From Gammaproteobacteria bacterium (GTDB lineage Bacteria > Pseudomonadota > Gammaproteobacteria > Magnimaribacterales > TMED112): DNA of 64,000 nt. Positions 40,833 to 50,320 of the stretch are shown piece after piece. Under the pieces are notes generated by a model. It made no database searches. It was not told the DNA's origin and saw only the letters and a program-made list of their open reading frames with translations. The DNA lies in the NCBI GenBank assembly GCA_038147295.1, contig JAYQTH010000002.1:586243-650242 (forward strand). Reading direction: 5' to 3'. The first letter of the stretch is position 1; each line of letters opens with the position of its first letter. Position numbers and translations under genes: made by a program.

Positions 40833-43800
40833 ATGAATGAGCATTTAGATCACAAAGACAATTGCGGCACTGGATCTATCTTTAATATTTCAAATCAACC
40901 TGATCACACAATAATTACAAGAGCTCTAAAATCTCTTATCAGCATGAAGCATCGTGGAGCCGTTTCTCATGACGGTTTAACGCCAGATGGCTGTGGGCTC
41001 CTTTTAGATCTAGACAAGAATTTTTTTCAAAAGGTGATGTTGGATGAACAAAATAAAATCCTACCTTCTGATTTTGCAATTGGAGTTTTTTTCGTCAATA
41101 AAAATTACGACTTTGAGTCAGAAATGCTAAAAATATGTGCTCAGCATTCCCTTGAAATACTGGGCACAAGAATACTTAAAACAGACTCAAAAATTCTTGG
41201 CAAAGAAGCAGCCAATTCCATGCCAAATATTTTGCAGCTATTTGTTAAAAGTAAAAATCAAAAAGTTGAGCTTGAAGCTGCTCTCTTTAAAGCAAAGAAA
41301 TATTGTGATACGCATCTCGATGCAGAAAGACAAAGTTATTGTGTTAGTTTTTCAAGTGAAACAATAGTCTACAAAGGTCTTGTGCAGCCTGAGGTTTTTG
41401 CCAATTTTTACTCTGATTTGACAGACAACAGTTTTAAAACTGCATCTGCAGTTTTTCATGTTAGATTCTCTACAAATACCTCACCTAAATGGCATCTTGC
41501 GCAACCTTATAGAGTGCTGGCTCACAATGGTGAAATTAATACCATTAGTGGTAACAGAAATTGGGCTCTAGCAAGGACTAAAGCATTTAATTCTGCAAGA
41601 TTAGGAGATATGAAAGACTATCAACCTCTTATCGGACAAAGTGGCTCAGACTCATCTTCTTTGGATCATATTCTTGATTTATTTCGCGTTGGAGAAATTA
41701 AAATTGCCCGTGCAGCTAGAATGTTGATTCCACCATCTTGGCAAAATACAGATTTAATGGATCCAGATGAAAAAGCTTTTCATGAATTTAATTCCATGCA
41801 TATGGAAGCTTGGGATGGCCCAGCATTGATTTGTTTTCAGTCTAAAGATTACACCTGTTGTTTTCTAGATAGAAATGGGTTGAGACCAGCAAGAATAGAG
41901 CACTTTTCCGATGGTAGTGTGAGTATTGCTTCTGAAGTGGGCACCAACCTAGAGTCAAATATTAAGGTTAGAAAAACCGATAGGTTGGGGCCTGGTGGGT
42001 TAATTTTATTTGATCGAGCGCAGAAAAAAGTTCTTACAAACGATGAAGTAGACAAAGAACTTTCAAGAGCTATGCCCTACAGATTGTGGCTAAAAGACCA
42101 CTCTAGACATTTAGAAGCAAATCTACATGAATATTCAGGGCCACAAATGAAGGAAATTTCCGATGCATATTTCGCTGAAGCCTCAAAAAACTTTCAACTA
42201 ACAAGGGAAGAATCATTGAATATCTTTCATACAGCTGAAGAGGGTAATGAGCCTACAGGATCTATGGGAGATGATACACCTTTAGCACCTATCAGTAGCA
42301 AGGTAAGATCAATTTATGATTATTGTCGTCAAAAATTTGCTCAGGTAACCAATCCTCCTATCGACTCTTTGCGCGAAAAATCAGCGATGTCTCTGGAAAC
42401 ATGCATTGGTCCTGAACGCAATATCTTTGAAGAGACCAAAGAACATGCTTCTAGAATAGTAGTAAATTCGCCAATTCTTTCCCATAAGAAATACAATCTT
42501 TTACTCAAAAGCAAAAAGTTTAAGCTAAAGAAATACCCTCTAGAGTATTCGCGAAGTATGGGGCTAGAAGAATCTATGAGCTTTCTTTTGGAGGAGATAC
42601 TATCTGACGTTAAAAATGGTACTGGAATAGTTGTTTTGGATGAAAGGCAAATATCGAGCAATAATCCTGTCATTCCTGCACTTTTAATTACATCAGCCCT
42701 ACACAGTGCTCTTATCAGACAAAATTTAAGAGTTGCATGCAATATCGTGGTGAATTCCGCTTCTGCACGAGATAATCATCAAATTTCTTGCCTAATAGCA
42801 TTCGGAGCAACTTGCGTTCATCCATGGCTAGGCCTGCAAGCTGTATTAAAAAATGCAAAAAAAACTCAAACCGATCTAAGCAAAACAGAGCTATGTGTAT
42901 CTTACAGACGTGCACTGAATAAAGGGTTGCTTAAAATTATGTCAAAAATGGGTATATCCAATGTATCCAGCTACCGAGGTTCAAGGCTGTACGATGTGGT
43001 TGGCTTTTCAAAAAAACTGAGAAAGATATGTTTTTCAGAAATGCATTCGAGTATTGATGGTGATTGCTTTAACGATATTCATCAGAAAATGCTTGCTGTT
43101 TTAGACTCCGACCTTGATACAAGTCCGGTAGCTACAGGATTACACAAATACACATCCAATGGTGAGCAGCATGCATTTAACCCGGATGTAGTATTGCAGT
43201 TGCAAAATGCACTATCGTCTGGATCCTTTAGTGGGTTCAAAAATTTCTCTAGTTTGGTAGAAAATAGATCCCCACTTGCTGTGAGAGATTTTTTTAATGT
43301 TAAGTCAAACAAAGACCCAATTGCTATTTCTGAGGTTGAGTCGATCGAATCAATTCTTCAAAGGTTTGATTCTGCAGGAATGAGTTTGGGTTCCTTGTCG
43401 CCTAAGGCCCACGAAACATTGGCAGCAGCAATGAATAGTCTTGGTTGTAGATCCAATTCAGGAGAGGGTGGGGAGGATCCAGCAAGATACAATACACAGT
43501 TATCCTCTAAGATAAAACAAATAGCATCAGGCAGGTTTGGAGTTACCCCAAGTTATCTTGTAAATGCAGAAGTTTTACAAATAAAAATTGCTCAAGGTGC
43601 AAAACCAGGAGAAGGTGGTCAGTTGCCTGGTACAAAAGTTGACCCTTATATTGCTAAACTTCGATACTCAAAACCGGGAGTAACACTTATATCGCCACCA
43701 CCTCACCACGATATTTATTCCATTGAGGACCTGGCCCAACTTATACATGATTTAAAACAGATTAACGATCAGGCAATGGTGTCTGTAAAGCTAGTATCAG

Positions 43801-45233
43801 AGCCTGGTGTTGGGATTGTTGCTGCAGGAGTTGTAAAGGCCAATGCAGATTTTATAACTATTTCTGGTCACGACGGCGGGACAGGAGCAAGCCCAATATC
43901 ATCGATAAGGCACGCTGGATCCCCTTGGGAAATTGGTATGCATGAAGTGCAAAATATATTACTGGAAAGCAATTTAAGATCCATGGTAAAACTGCAAACA
44001 GATGGAGGCTTGAAAGTAGGTTTAGATGTTATCAAAGCGGCAATCTTTGGAGCTGATTCTTTTGGTTTTGGCACAGCACCAATGATTGCTATGGGCTGTA
44101 AATACCTAAGAATCTGCCATCTCAATAACTGTGCGACTGGAGTAGCTACTCAACACATCAAAATCATTGATAAACAATTTGATGGAGAAGTTGAGAAGGT
44201 GCGGAATTACTTTTTATTTGTGGCACAAGAAGTCCGTGAATATCTCGCTCAGCTAGGCTATAAGTCTCTTGATGAGATTATTGGAAAGACAAATTTATTG
44301 CATTTGAAACCAGAAACAAAGTCAAAGGCAGAAAAACTTGGACTTGCCACCTTAAAAGAAAGATTCAGGCCCAACAAGAAACAGTACTGTACAGAAACAA
44401 ACAAATTAAACCTATCTCTCAACGACCATTCCTTATCAAAACTAATTCAACAAAAAACCACTCAACACATCAAAAAAGGGAAGGGTGGCTCTTTCACATT
44501 CAAGATTAGCAATACTCATAGATCTATTGGTGGCAGATTATCTGGTGATATTGCTAGAAAATACGGAGTTGAGGGCTTTCCAGAAACGCTGATTTTAAAT
44601 TTTTCAGGCATAGCAGGGCAATCGTTCGGGTGCTGGAACTCCAAAGGCGTTGAGATGAAGCTCAAGGGTTTTGCAAATGATTACGTTGGCAAAGGCATGA
44701 ATGGTGGAAAAATCACTCTTATACGACCCAGAGGTATGCAAGAGGACCGTTCTGTAGTTATGGGTAACACTTGCTTATTTGGTGCGACTGGAGGTGAGTT
44801 CTATGGCAACGGAATTGCTGGTGAACGATTTGCAGTACGAAATTCTGGCTGCAAAGCTGTAGTTGAGGGTGCAGGAGATCATTGCTGCGAATATATGACT
44901 GGTGGAGAAGTTATTGTGTTGGGCAATGTAGGGCATAATTTTGGAGCTGGGATGACAGGTGGTTTTGCATATGTTCTTGATGAAGACAGAAGTTTTGTTG
45001 ATAAATGCAACAAAGAATCTGTAACCTTTAATCGCATCACTAATCAAGAGATGGAAGCCCATAAATCTTATCTTAAAGATAGAATTTATTGTCATCTTAA
45101 AGAGACTGGCAGTGAAGTTGCACAAAAAATTCTGGCTGACTTTGATAAATATCAAAGCAAATTTTGGATCGTTACTCCAAATGCAGAAAATTTAGCCAGA
45201 ATCATAAAAAATACTAGAGAGGAAGCAGCTTAA
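40833..45233 (+). CDS. gltB: Glutamate synthase large subunit
   Basis: N-terminal NCG (Ntn Cys), HVRFSTNT, HNGEIN, IKIAQGAKPGEGGQLPG, C..LRICHLNNC and the GXGXG C-terminal domain. Confidence 0.97.
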   Translation: MNEHLDHKDNCGTGSIFNISNQPDHTIITRALKSLISMKHRGAVSHDGLTPDGCGLLLDLDKNFFQKVMLDEQNKILPSDFAIGVFFVNKNYDFESEMLKICAQHSLEILGTRILKTDSKILGKEAANSMPNILQLFVKSKNQKVELEAALFKAKKYCDTHLDAERQSYCVSFSSETIVYKGLVQPEVFANFYSDLTDNSFKTASAVFHVRFSTNTSPKWHLAQPYRVLAHNGEINTISGNRNWALARTKAFNSARLGDMKDYQPLIGQSGSDSSSLDHILDLFRVGEIKIARAARMLIPPSWQNTDLMDPDEKAFHEFNSMHMEAWDGPALICFQSKDYTCCFLDRNGLRPARIEHFSDGSVSIASEVGTNLESNIKVRKTDRLGPGGLILFDRAQKKVLTNDEVDKELSRAMPYRLWLKDHSRHLEANLHEYSGPQMKEISDAYFAEASKNFQLTREESLNIFHTAEEGNEPTGSMGDDTPLAPISSKVRSIYDYCRQKFAQVTNPPIDSLREKSAMSLETCIGPERNIFEETKEHASRIVVNSPILSHKKYNLLLKSKKFKLKKYPLEYSRSMGLEESMSFLLEEILSDVKNGTGIVVLDERQISSNNPVIPALLITSALHSALIRQNLRVACNIVVNSASARDNHQISCLIAFGATCVHPWLGLQAVLKNAKKTQTDLSKTELCVSYRRALNKGLLKIMSKMGISNVSSYRGSRLYDVVGFSKKLRKICFSEMHSSIDGDCFNDIHQKMLAVLDSDLDTSPVATGLHKYTSNGEQHAFNPDVVLQLQNALSSGSFSGFKNFSSLVENRSPLAVRDFFNVKSNKDPIAISEVESIESILQRFDSAGMSLGSLSPKAHETLAAAMNSLGCRSNSGEGGEDPARYNTQLSSKIKQIASGRFGVTPSYLVNAEVLQIKIAQGAKPGEGGQLPGTKVDPYIAKLRYSKPGVTLISPPPHHDIYSIEDLAQLIHDLKQINDQAMVSVKLVSEPGVGIVAAGVVKANADFITISGHDGGTGASPISSIRHAGSPWEIGMHEVQNILLESNLRSMVKLQTDGGLKVGLDVIKAAIFGADSFGFGTAPMIAMGCKYLRICHLNNCATGVATQHIKIIDKQFDGEVEKVRNYFLFVAQEVREYLAQLGYKSLDEIIGKTNLLHLKPETKSKAEKLGLATLKERFRPNKKQYCTETNKLNLSLNDHSLSKLIQQKTTQHIKKGKGGSFTFKISNTHRSIGGRLSGDIARKYGVEGFPETLILNFSGIAGQSFGCWNSKGVEMKLKGFANDYVGKGMNGGKITLIRPRGMQEDRSVVMGNTCLFGATGGEFYGNGIAGERFAVRNSGCKAVVEGAGDHCCEYMTGGEVIVLGNVGHNFGAGMTGGFAYVLDEDRSFVDKCNKESVTFNRITNQEMEAHKSYLKDRIYCHLKETGSEVAQKILADFDKYQSKFWIVTPNAENLARIIKNTREEAA

Positions 45234-46627
45234 TGTCTGAGAAAAATTTTGAATTTTTGAATTTAGAAAGACAAGAGCCAAAACTTAAATCGGTTGAGGT
45301 TAGAAAAGTTGATTTTAGAGAAATTTATGAAGACCAAACAATGGAAAATGCAGTTTCACAATCCAGCAGATGTCTTGATTGTGGTAATCCTTACTGTCAG
45401 TGGAAGTGTCCACTACACAATAAAATACCGGAATGGTTAAAACTGCTTGAACAATCATCAATAGAGGAAGCTGCAGATTTATGTCACGAAACCAATGCCT
45501 TTCCAGAAATATGTGGACGCATATGTCCACAAGACAAACTATGTGAAGGTGCATGCACCCTTAACACCGGCTATGAAGCAGTGACTATTGGACAGCTAGA
45601 AAAGTACATCACCGATACCGCTCTAAGCAAAGGCTGGAAACCAAAAAAGTATGCGTCTAAAAATACCAAACACCATGTTTCAATAATTGGTGCTGGGCCA
45701 GCTGGATTAGCGTGCGCGGAAAGCCTTATTCGACGAGGAATAGCTTGCACTGTTTATGACAAGCACAAACAGATTGGGGGACTGCTAACTTATGGAATTC
45801 CAGAATTTAAATTGGAAAAAAAGATTGTTCTCAAGCGAAGGCAATTACTTGAAGAGTTGGGAGTAAAGTTCGTTTTAAATACCGAAGTTGATACAAAGAA
45901 ACTTGCTCAGATTGAGAACAACAGTGATGCTGTGTTTTTAGGATTGGGCACCTATGAGTCCATTAAGGGTGATATCGAAGGCATTCATAAAAATGGCGTT
46001 GTTGAAGCACTACCTTACTTAATAAAAAATACCGAGTATTTGATGGACCCAGAAGATGCAGAAAAAATTGATTTTGCTAATCAAAGGGTAGCTGTGCTGG
46101 GTGGTGGAGATACGGCTATGGACTGCGTTCGGACAGCATTGCGTCAACAAGCAAAGAGCGTTACCTGCATCTATCGTAGAGATCAAGAAAATATGCCGGG
46201 ATCTACTAAAGAAATCAAACATGCGATGGAGGAGGGCGTTAAATTTCTTTTCAACACACAACCTCTAGAAGTAGGTGGCAATGGTTCGGTTACCAGCTTG
46301 AAGGTATGTGAAACCAAGCTAGGAGAGCCCGACGAGAGTGGGAGGCAGCGACCAGAAGTCATCCCAGGATCCAATCAAGATATAGAAGTAGATAAGCTCG
46401 TCATTGCCTTTGGTTACCAAGCAGATCTACCGGATTTTATTCTTGAGAAGAATGTAAGCACAACAAGCACAGGCTTAATTAAGCTAGAAGGCAATGAATT
46501 TAGATATCAAACTTCAAATCCTAAGTACTTTGCAGGTGGAGATATGGTTATAGGATCCAGTCTGGCAGTGCATGCAATAGCGCATGGCCGAGATGCTGCC
46601 AAAGAAATAATAAAATTCTTAAATTAA
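45233..46627 (+). CDS. gltD: Glutamate synthase small subunit
   Basis: RCLDCGNPYCQWKCP, GRICPQDKLCEGAC, GAGPAGL and GGGDTAMDC. Confidence 0.97.
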   Translation: MSEKNFEFLNLERQEPKLKSVEVRKVDFREIYEDQTMENAVSQSSRCLDCGNPYCQWKCPLHNKIPEWLKLLEQSSIEEAADLCHETNAFPEICGRICPQDKLCEGACTLNTGYEAVTIGQLEKYITDTALSKGWKPKKYASKNTKHHVSIIGAGPAGLACAESLIRRGIACTVYDKHKQIGGLLTYGIPEFKLEKKIVLKRRQLLEELGVKFVLNTEVDTKKLAQIENNSDAVFLGLGTYESIKGDIEGIHKNGVVEALPYLIKNTEYLMDPEDAEKIDFANQRVAVLGGGDTAMDCVRTALRQQAKSVTCIYRRDQENMPGSTKEIKHAMEEGVKFLFNTQPLEVGGNGSVTSLKVCETKLGEPDESGRQRPEVIPGSNQDIEVDKLVIAFGYQADLPDFILEKNVSTTSTGLIKLEGNEFRYQTSNPKYFAGGDMVIGSSLAVHAIAHGRDAAKEIIKFLN

Positions 46628-46628
46628 T

Positions 46629-46657
46629 TGGGTGGTCAGAATCAACCACCCATTTTT
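46629..46657 (+). terminator. Intrinsic terminator after gltD
   Basis: TGGGTGGT-N8-ACCACCCA-TTTTT. Confidence 0.8.
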
Positions 46658-46663
46658 ATTCAA

Positions 46664-49519
46664 TTAAAGATCTATTTTGTTTGAAGCTCCTAAGCCTGCT
46701 CCATAGACCACAGCGTTAAGCCACAACCTATTCGTTCCTTGAGCAGCGCCCCTGAAGTTAGGTTCTCCAGAAAACAGTATCACTTGACCTCGTCCAACTC
46801 TTTCGCGAGTTAAATATGCTGAGTTAGCAATTCTTTGGGATGCTTCAGGCCAGACAAGACCACTCATTCTGACATTTAAATTTTTCCCCGGAGGCAAGTC
46901 GGACCAATTGATTGAGCGATACTCCTCAGCTTCAGGATCATCGACCAGCTCTCCAATGCGCACTACAGCCTCTGAGGACCTATTTGTCATCAGTATAGGG
47001 TAGTTGCTGTAGAGCAAGGGCAGGGTGCTAGTCGTGCCAAATGTAAGCCAGTGTTCGTTATCAGCTCTGCCGGCAACGATTGCTCCTGATGGCATAAATC
47101 GAGACTGCCATGCATCACGCTTTTCCAATTCCTGTTTACTGTACTGAGATTTATTGTTTTCCCATGGGTAAGCTAGATCAAAATCAACTTTGTTGTCGTT
47201 TGTTTTCTCAACATCAATCACAACATTTAAGGCTTCAAACTCCCTTTGGAGGTTAATATTGTAGTCAGAGCTATTTTCAAAGGTGCTAGCTAACTGTTTA
47301 ACGGAGCCAATCCCATTATCAGAGGCTAAGCTTCTGGAACTTGAATTATTGGCGATTAAAGTACCTCCTTGTCTAACCCAATCTCTTAAAGCACTGAGTT
47401 GAGAACTGGAAAACCCTCTACCACTTGGCATAATTATGGTGTTGTAGCGTCTTAAATCTGTGTAATTAAGCGCTGAACCATTAATTTGACTGTGGCGTAT
47501 ACCTAGATAATGATCCATTGACCACCAGCTAACACCGACATCATAGGAGCTAAAATCATCGTAACTAAGGATGGCAACTTGAGGTCTTTCTAAAAGTCGG
47601 AAATGTCTTCCACCCCAGTCAGGCAGCTCCTCGGCACCAAAACCTGAAGCCACTGAAGCAACATCAAGATTCAGTTCGGCAGCAACTTTTTGCACAGTGC
47701 TTGATAGATTTTGAAAGTTTGGATTATCCATAGCTATGACAGCTACGCTTCCTCTTGGAAACTCTTGACCAGAGAGGTTAGATTCTTTATCGATTATCCT
47801 TACTTCAACACCTAATTCCATTAGCCGAGCAGCGAAAGGCACCGATCTGTCGTCAACACCATTTGCCACCCAAATTAAGGCATCTTTATTAATTTCAACT
47901 GCTTTTTGGTCGATACTCCAAGGCTCAAGATCTCTTTGTAAGTTTTGGTTGACTGTGACTGCTTCAAGACCATACATCATGGTGAGGTTGAAAGCAGTTG
48001 TATCGTACATTATTGAAGAACCATTTTTTAGAGTTTTTCTTCTTTCTTCTTTTAAAACTGGCTCAATAATTTCAGCATCGAATTCTAAAATAGCTGATAT
48101 TAAAGGGGCTTCAGGCTGAAGGTTTGGAATGACTAAACTACCAGCTGGTATCAGGTAATTATCCGTAGTTTCCCCATTTTGTTTCAGAGTAGAGCCTACT
48201 CTAAGTGGTTTTGTATTCACATAAATTTCAATGTCTTGAGAAGCAAGTTTTTTTGCTAGAGTATTGATTCTTCCTCGATTCTCAGTCGCAAGCACCACAA
48301 ACGTTTGATTAGCATATTCCCCATCCCGAGAGACATTGTATTTTCTACCATCCCAGTAATCTTGGTACATTTGTTTTGAGTATTTTTCCAAGGACTTTAA
48401 GTTTGAGATTGTGCTAGCAAATTGATGATGAACAGATTCTTTATAAGATTGAATGGTTCCTTCTTGTCTGCGGACACCATCTTCAGCCATTCTAGACTGC
48501 TCATACAGGATGCCTAGACTACCTCTAAATTGAACATAGAATGAATAACCAGGGTACAGATCTTCATGCCATTCACCCGTGTAAAAACGCCAATTATTCT
48601 GATCAAATACTTTTGCTTGCTCATCAGCAAAAACATGCCCCCATTTAATAATATCCTTATCTACATTGGTATTTATTGGCTCTCTTGGTGGTCCTGTCAT
48701 GAAGGTATCTTGAGCGCCCATTTCATGGCCATCTACAAGGATTTGAGGCCTCCATGCGTTAATAAGTGGAACTCTTCCTTGGGTTTCAGGCTGGGTTTGA
48801 TAGAACCAATCTCTATTTAAATCAAAAAAATAATGATTAGTTCTGCCTGATGGCCAGTCTCCTGAGTGCAACAATGACTGATCATCATAATTAGGTGCAG
48901 TACCACGGTATTGCTCAAGAGATTTAGCAAATCTGTCTCTACCATCTGGATTCATCATGGGGTCAACAATGACAACCATGTTTTCAAGCATGTTAACAAC
49001 GTCTTCATCCTCACTAGCAATAAGATGGTAAATTACGCCCAATGCAGCGTCAGCACCTGATGTCTCATTGCCATGTATGGAATATGCCATCCAAGCCACA
49101 GCAGGAAGGTTTTTGATTATTGAATTAGCTTTAGAATCGTTGATTTTCCTAGCATCTGCTAATAAGGCAATATCGGTTTTAATTGCATCCAGTCTCTTAA
49201 TATTGGCAGGGGAGGAGATAAAAACAGCGTACAAAGGCCTATTCTCATGTGTTCGCCCGTACTCAATAACTTTAATACGATCAGATTGAGCAGAATATGC
49301 TTGAACAGCAGCTGATATCTGTGCTGGATTAGCCACTCTTTCGGCGTAATTAAAGTCTAAAAATGTATCTGGATGGTCAATATTATCAATATAGTTTCCG
49401 TCTAAAATAATTTTGTTATAAAGATTGCTAGAGAAGGAAGTGGGTTTTGATAAATCTGCTATTAAAAGAAATGGTATTGTTAAAAATAAAGATAAAAGTT
49501 GTAAAGGATGTAATTTCAT
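46664..49519 (-). CDS. Secreted M14-family zinc carboxypeptidase with C-terminal glutamine-amidotransferase-like domain
   Basis: SIHGNE, NPDGR, R.NHY..DLNRD and DGHEM motifs; ATG at 49519 followed by a signal peptide. Confidence 0.85.
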   Translation of the reverse strand: MKLHPLQLLSLFLTIPFLLIADLSKPTSFSSNLYNKIILDGNYIDNIDHPDTFLDFNYAERVANPAQISAAVQAYSAQSDRIKVIEYGRTHENRPLYAVFISSPANIKRLDAIKTDIALLADARKINDSKANSIIKNLPAVAWMAYSIHGNETSGADAALGVIYHLIASEDEDVVNMLENMVVIVDPMMNPDGRDRFAKSLEQYRGTAPNYDDQSLLHSGDWPSGRTNHYFFDLNRDWFYQTQPETQGRVPLINAWRPQILVDGHEMGAQDTFMTGPPREPINTNVDKDIIKWGHVFADEQAKVFDQNNWRFYTGEWHEDLYPGYSFYVQFRGSLGILYEQSRMAEDGVRRQEGTIQSYKESVHHQFASTISNLKSLEKYSKQMYQDYWDGRKYNVSRDGEYANQTFVVLATENRGRINTLAKKLASQDIEIYVNTKPLRVGSTLKQNGETTDNYLIPAGSLVIPNLQPEAPLISAILEFDAEIIEPVLKEERRKTLKNGSSIMYDTTAFNLTMMYGLEAVTVNQNLQRDLEPWSIDQKAVEINKDALIWVANGVDDRSVPFAARLMELGVEVRIIDKESNLSGQEFPRGSVAVIAMDNPNFQNLSSTVQKVAAELNLDVASVASGFGAEELPDWGGRHFRLLERPQVAILSYDDFSSYDVGVSWWSMDHYLGIRHSQINGSALNYTDLRRYNTIIMPSGRGFSSSQLSALRDWVRQGGTLIANNSSSRSLASDNGIGSVKQLASTFENSSDYNINLQREFEALNVVIDVEKTNDNKVDFDLAYPWENNKSQYSKQELEKRDAWQSRFMPSGAIVAGRADNEHWLTFGTTSTLPLLYSNYPILMTNRSSEAVVRIGELVDDPEAEEYRSINWSDLPPGKNLNVRMSGLVWPEASQRIANSAYLTRERVGRGQVILFSGEPNFRGAAQGTNRLWLNAVVYGAGLGASNKIDL

Positions 49520-49809
49520 AAAAGAGTTCCAAAGTTTAATTTCTAGATTAATACAAAAAATCATAATGCAGGGTAAAAAAATAGGGAAAATGTTAAAAAA
49601 GCTCGTAGGAGACTTTAATTTCAATCCTAAGCAAATTAATCAAAAAACAATGTACAAGTTCAAGAAATGTTAAAGAGAATTAATTAGAGACGAGATAAAA
49701 ATAGGAAATCTTTTCAAATCTAGAAAAAAATTAAAAAAATCAAAAAAATACAAAATTCAAATTTCCCACTAAAAAACTCATGAAGCAATTTTAAGAATTT
49801 TTTTATCAA

Positions 49810-49817
49810 GGGCAGGG
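49810..49817 (+). other. FtsK-orienting KOPS octamer pointing at dif
   Basis: GGGCAGGG about 50 bp left of dif. Confidence 0.7.
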
Positions 49818-49869
49818 GTTTCTTATAAATAATTTTTATTCAACAACTTGCATAATCTCTATAAATATA

Positions 49870-49897
49870 TATTCGCATAATATATATTATGTTAAAT
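49870..49897 (+). other. dif chromosome dimer resolution site (XerC/XerD)
   Basis: TATTCGCATAA-TATATA-TTATGTTAAAT. The XerD arm is identical to E. coli dif and the XerC arm ends CGCATAA; it lies in the largest intergenic gap. Confidence 0.92.
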
Positions 49898-50104
49898 TAT
49901 ATAGAGGTTAATTGATAGAATATCAATAAGGTTCAAACCCACTATTTATAATATATATAGAGATTCAGGTGTTTAATGATCAGTAAATTATTTAACATAA
50001 TATTTTACCTTCTTGCATCTAGAAACAATATTTATACTTTTTGCTCTTTCTAGGATTGGCACATAGGTGTGACTTTTAGTTTTTTCTAATTACAATAGGT
50101 CCCT

Positions 50105-50320
50105 ATGGCAAAAGATGTTATCGAAATGCAAGGCACTGTTATTGAGGTGCTTCCTAATACTGTTTTTCGTGTGAAACTTGAAAATGATCATGTCATTACT
50201 GGACATATATCAGGTAAAATGCGCAAAAACTACATACGTATCCTTAATGGTGACAAAGTTACCGTAGAGCTTTCTCCTTATGATTTAAGCAAAGGACGTA
50301 TTACTTTTAGATCTAAATAG
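50105..50320 (+). CDS. infA: Translation initiation factor IF-1
   Basis: [19 protein letters not shown] and [30 protein letters not shown]. Confidence 0.98.
   Translation: MAKDVIEMQGTVIEVLPNTVFRVKLENDHVITGHISGKMRKNYIRILNGDKVTVELSPYDLSKGRITFRSK

Noticed and set aside
49425-49790. ORF 49425-49673 or a hidden gene in the gap before dif
   Set aside because: It overlaps the peptidase antisense and has low-complexity A-rich composition; other frames are interrupted by stops.
49929-49943. tRNA T-arm fragment (GGTTCAAACCC)
   Set aside because: The stem does not extend beyond two pairs and there is no other cloverleaf element.
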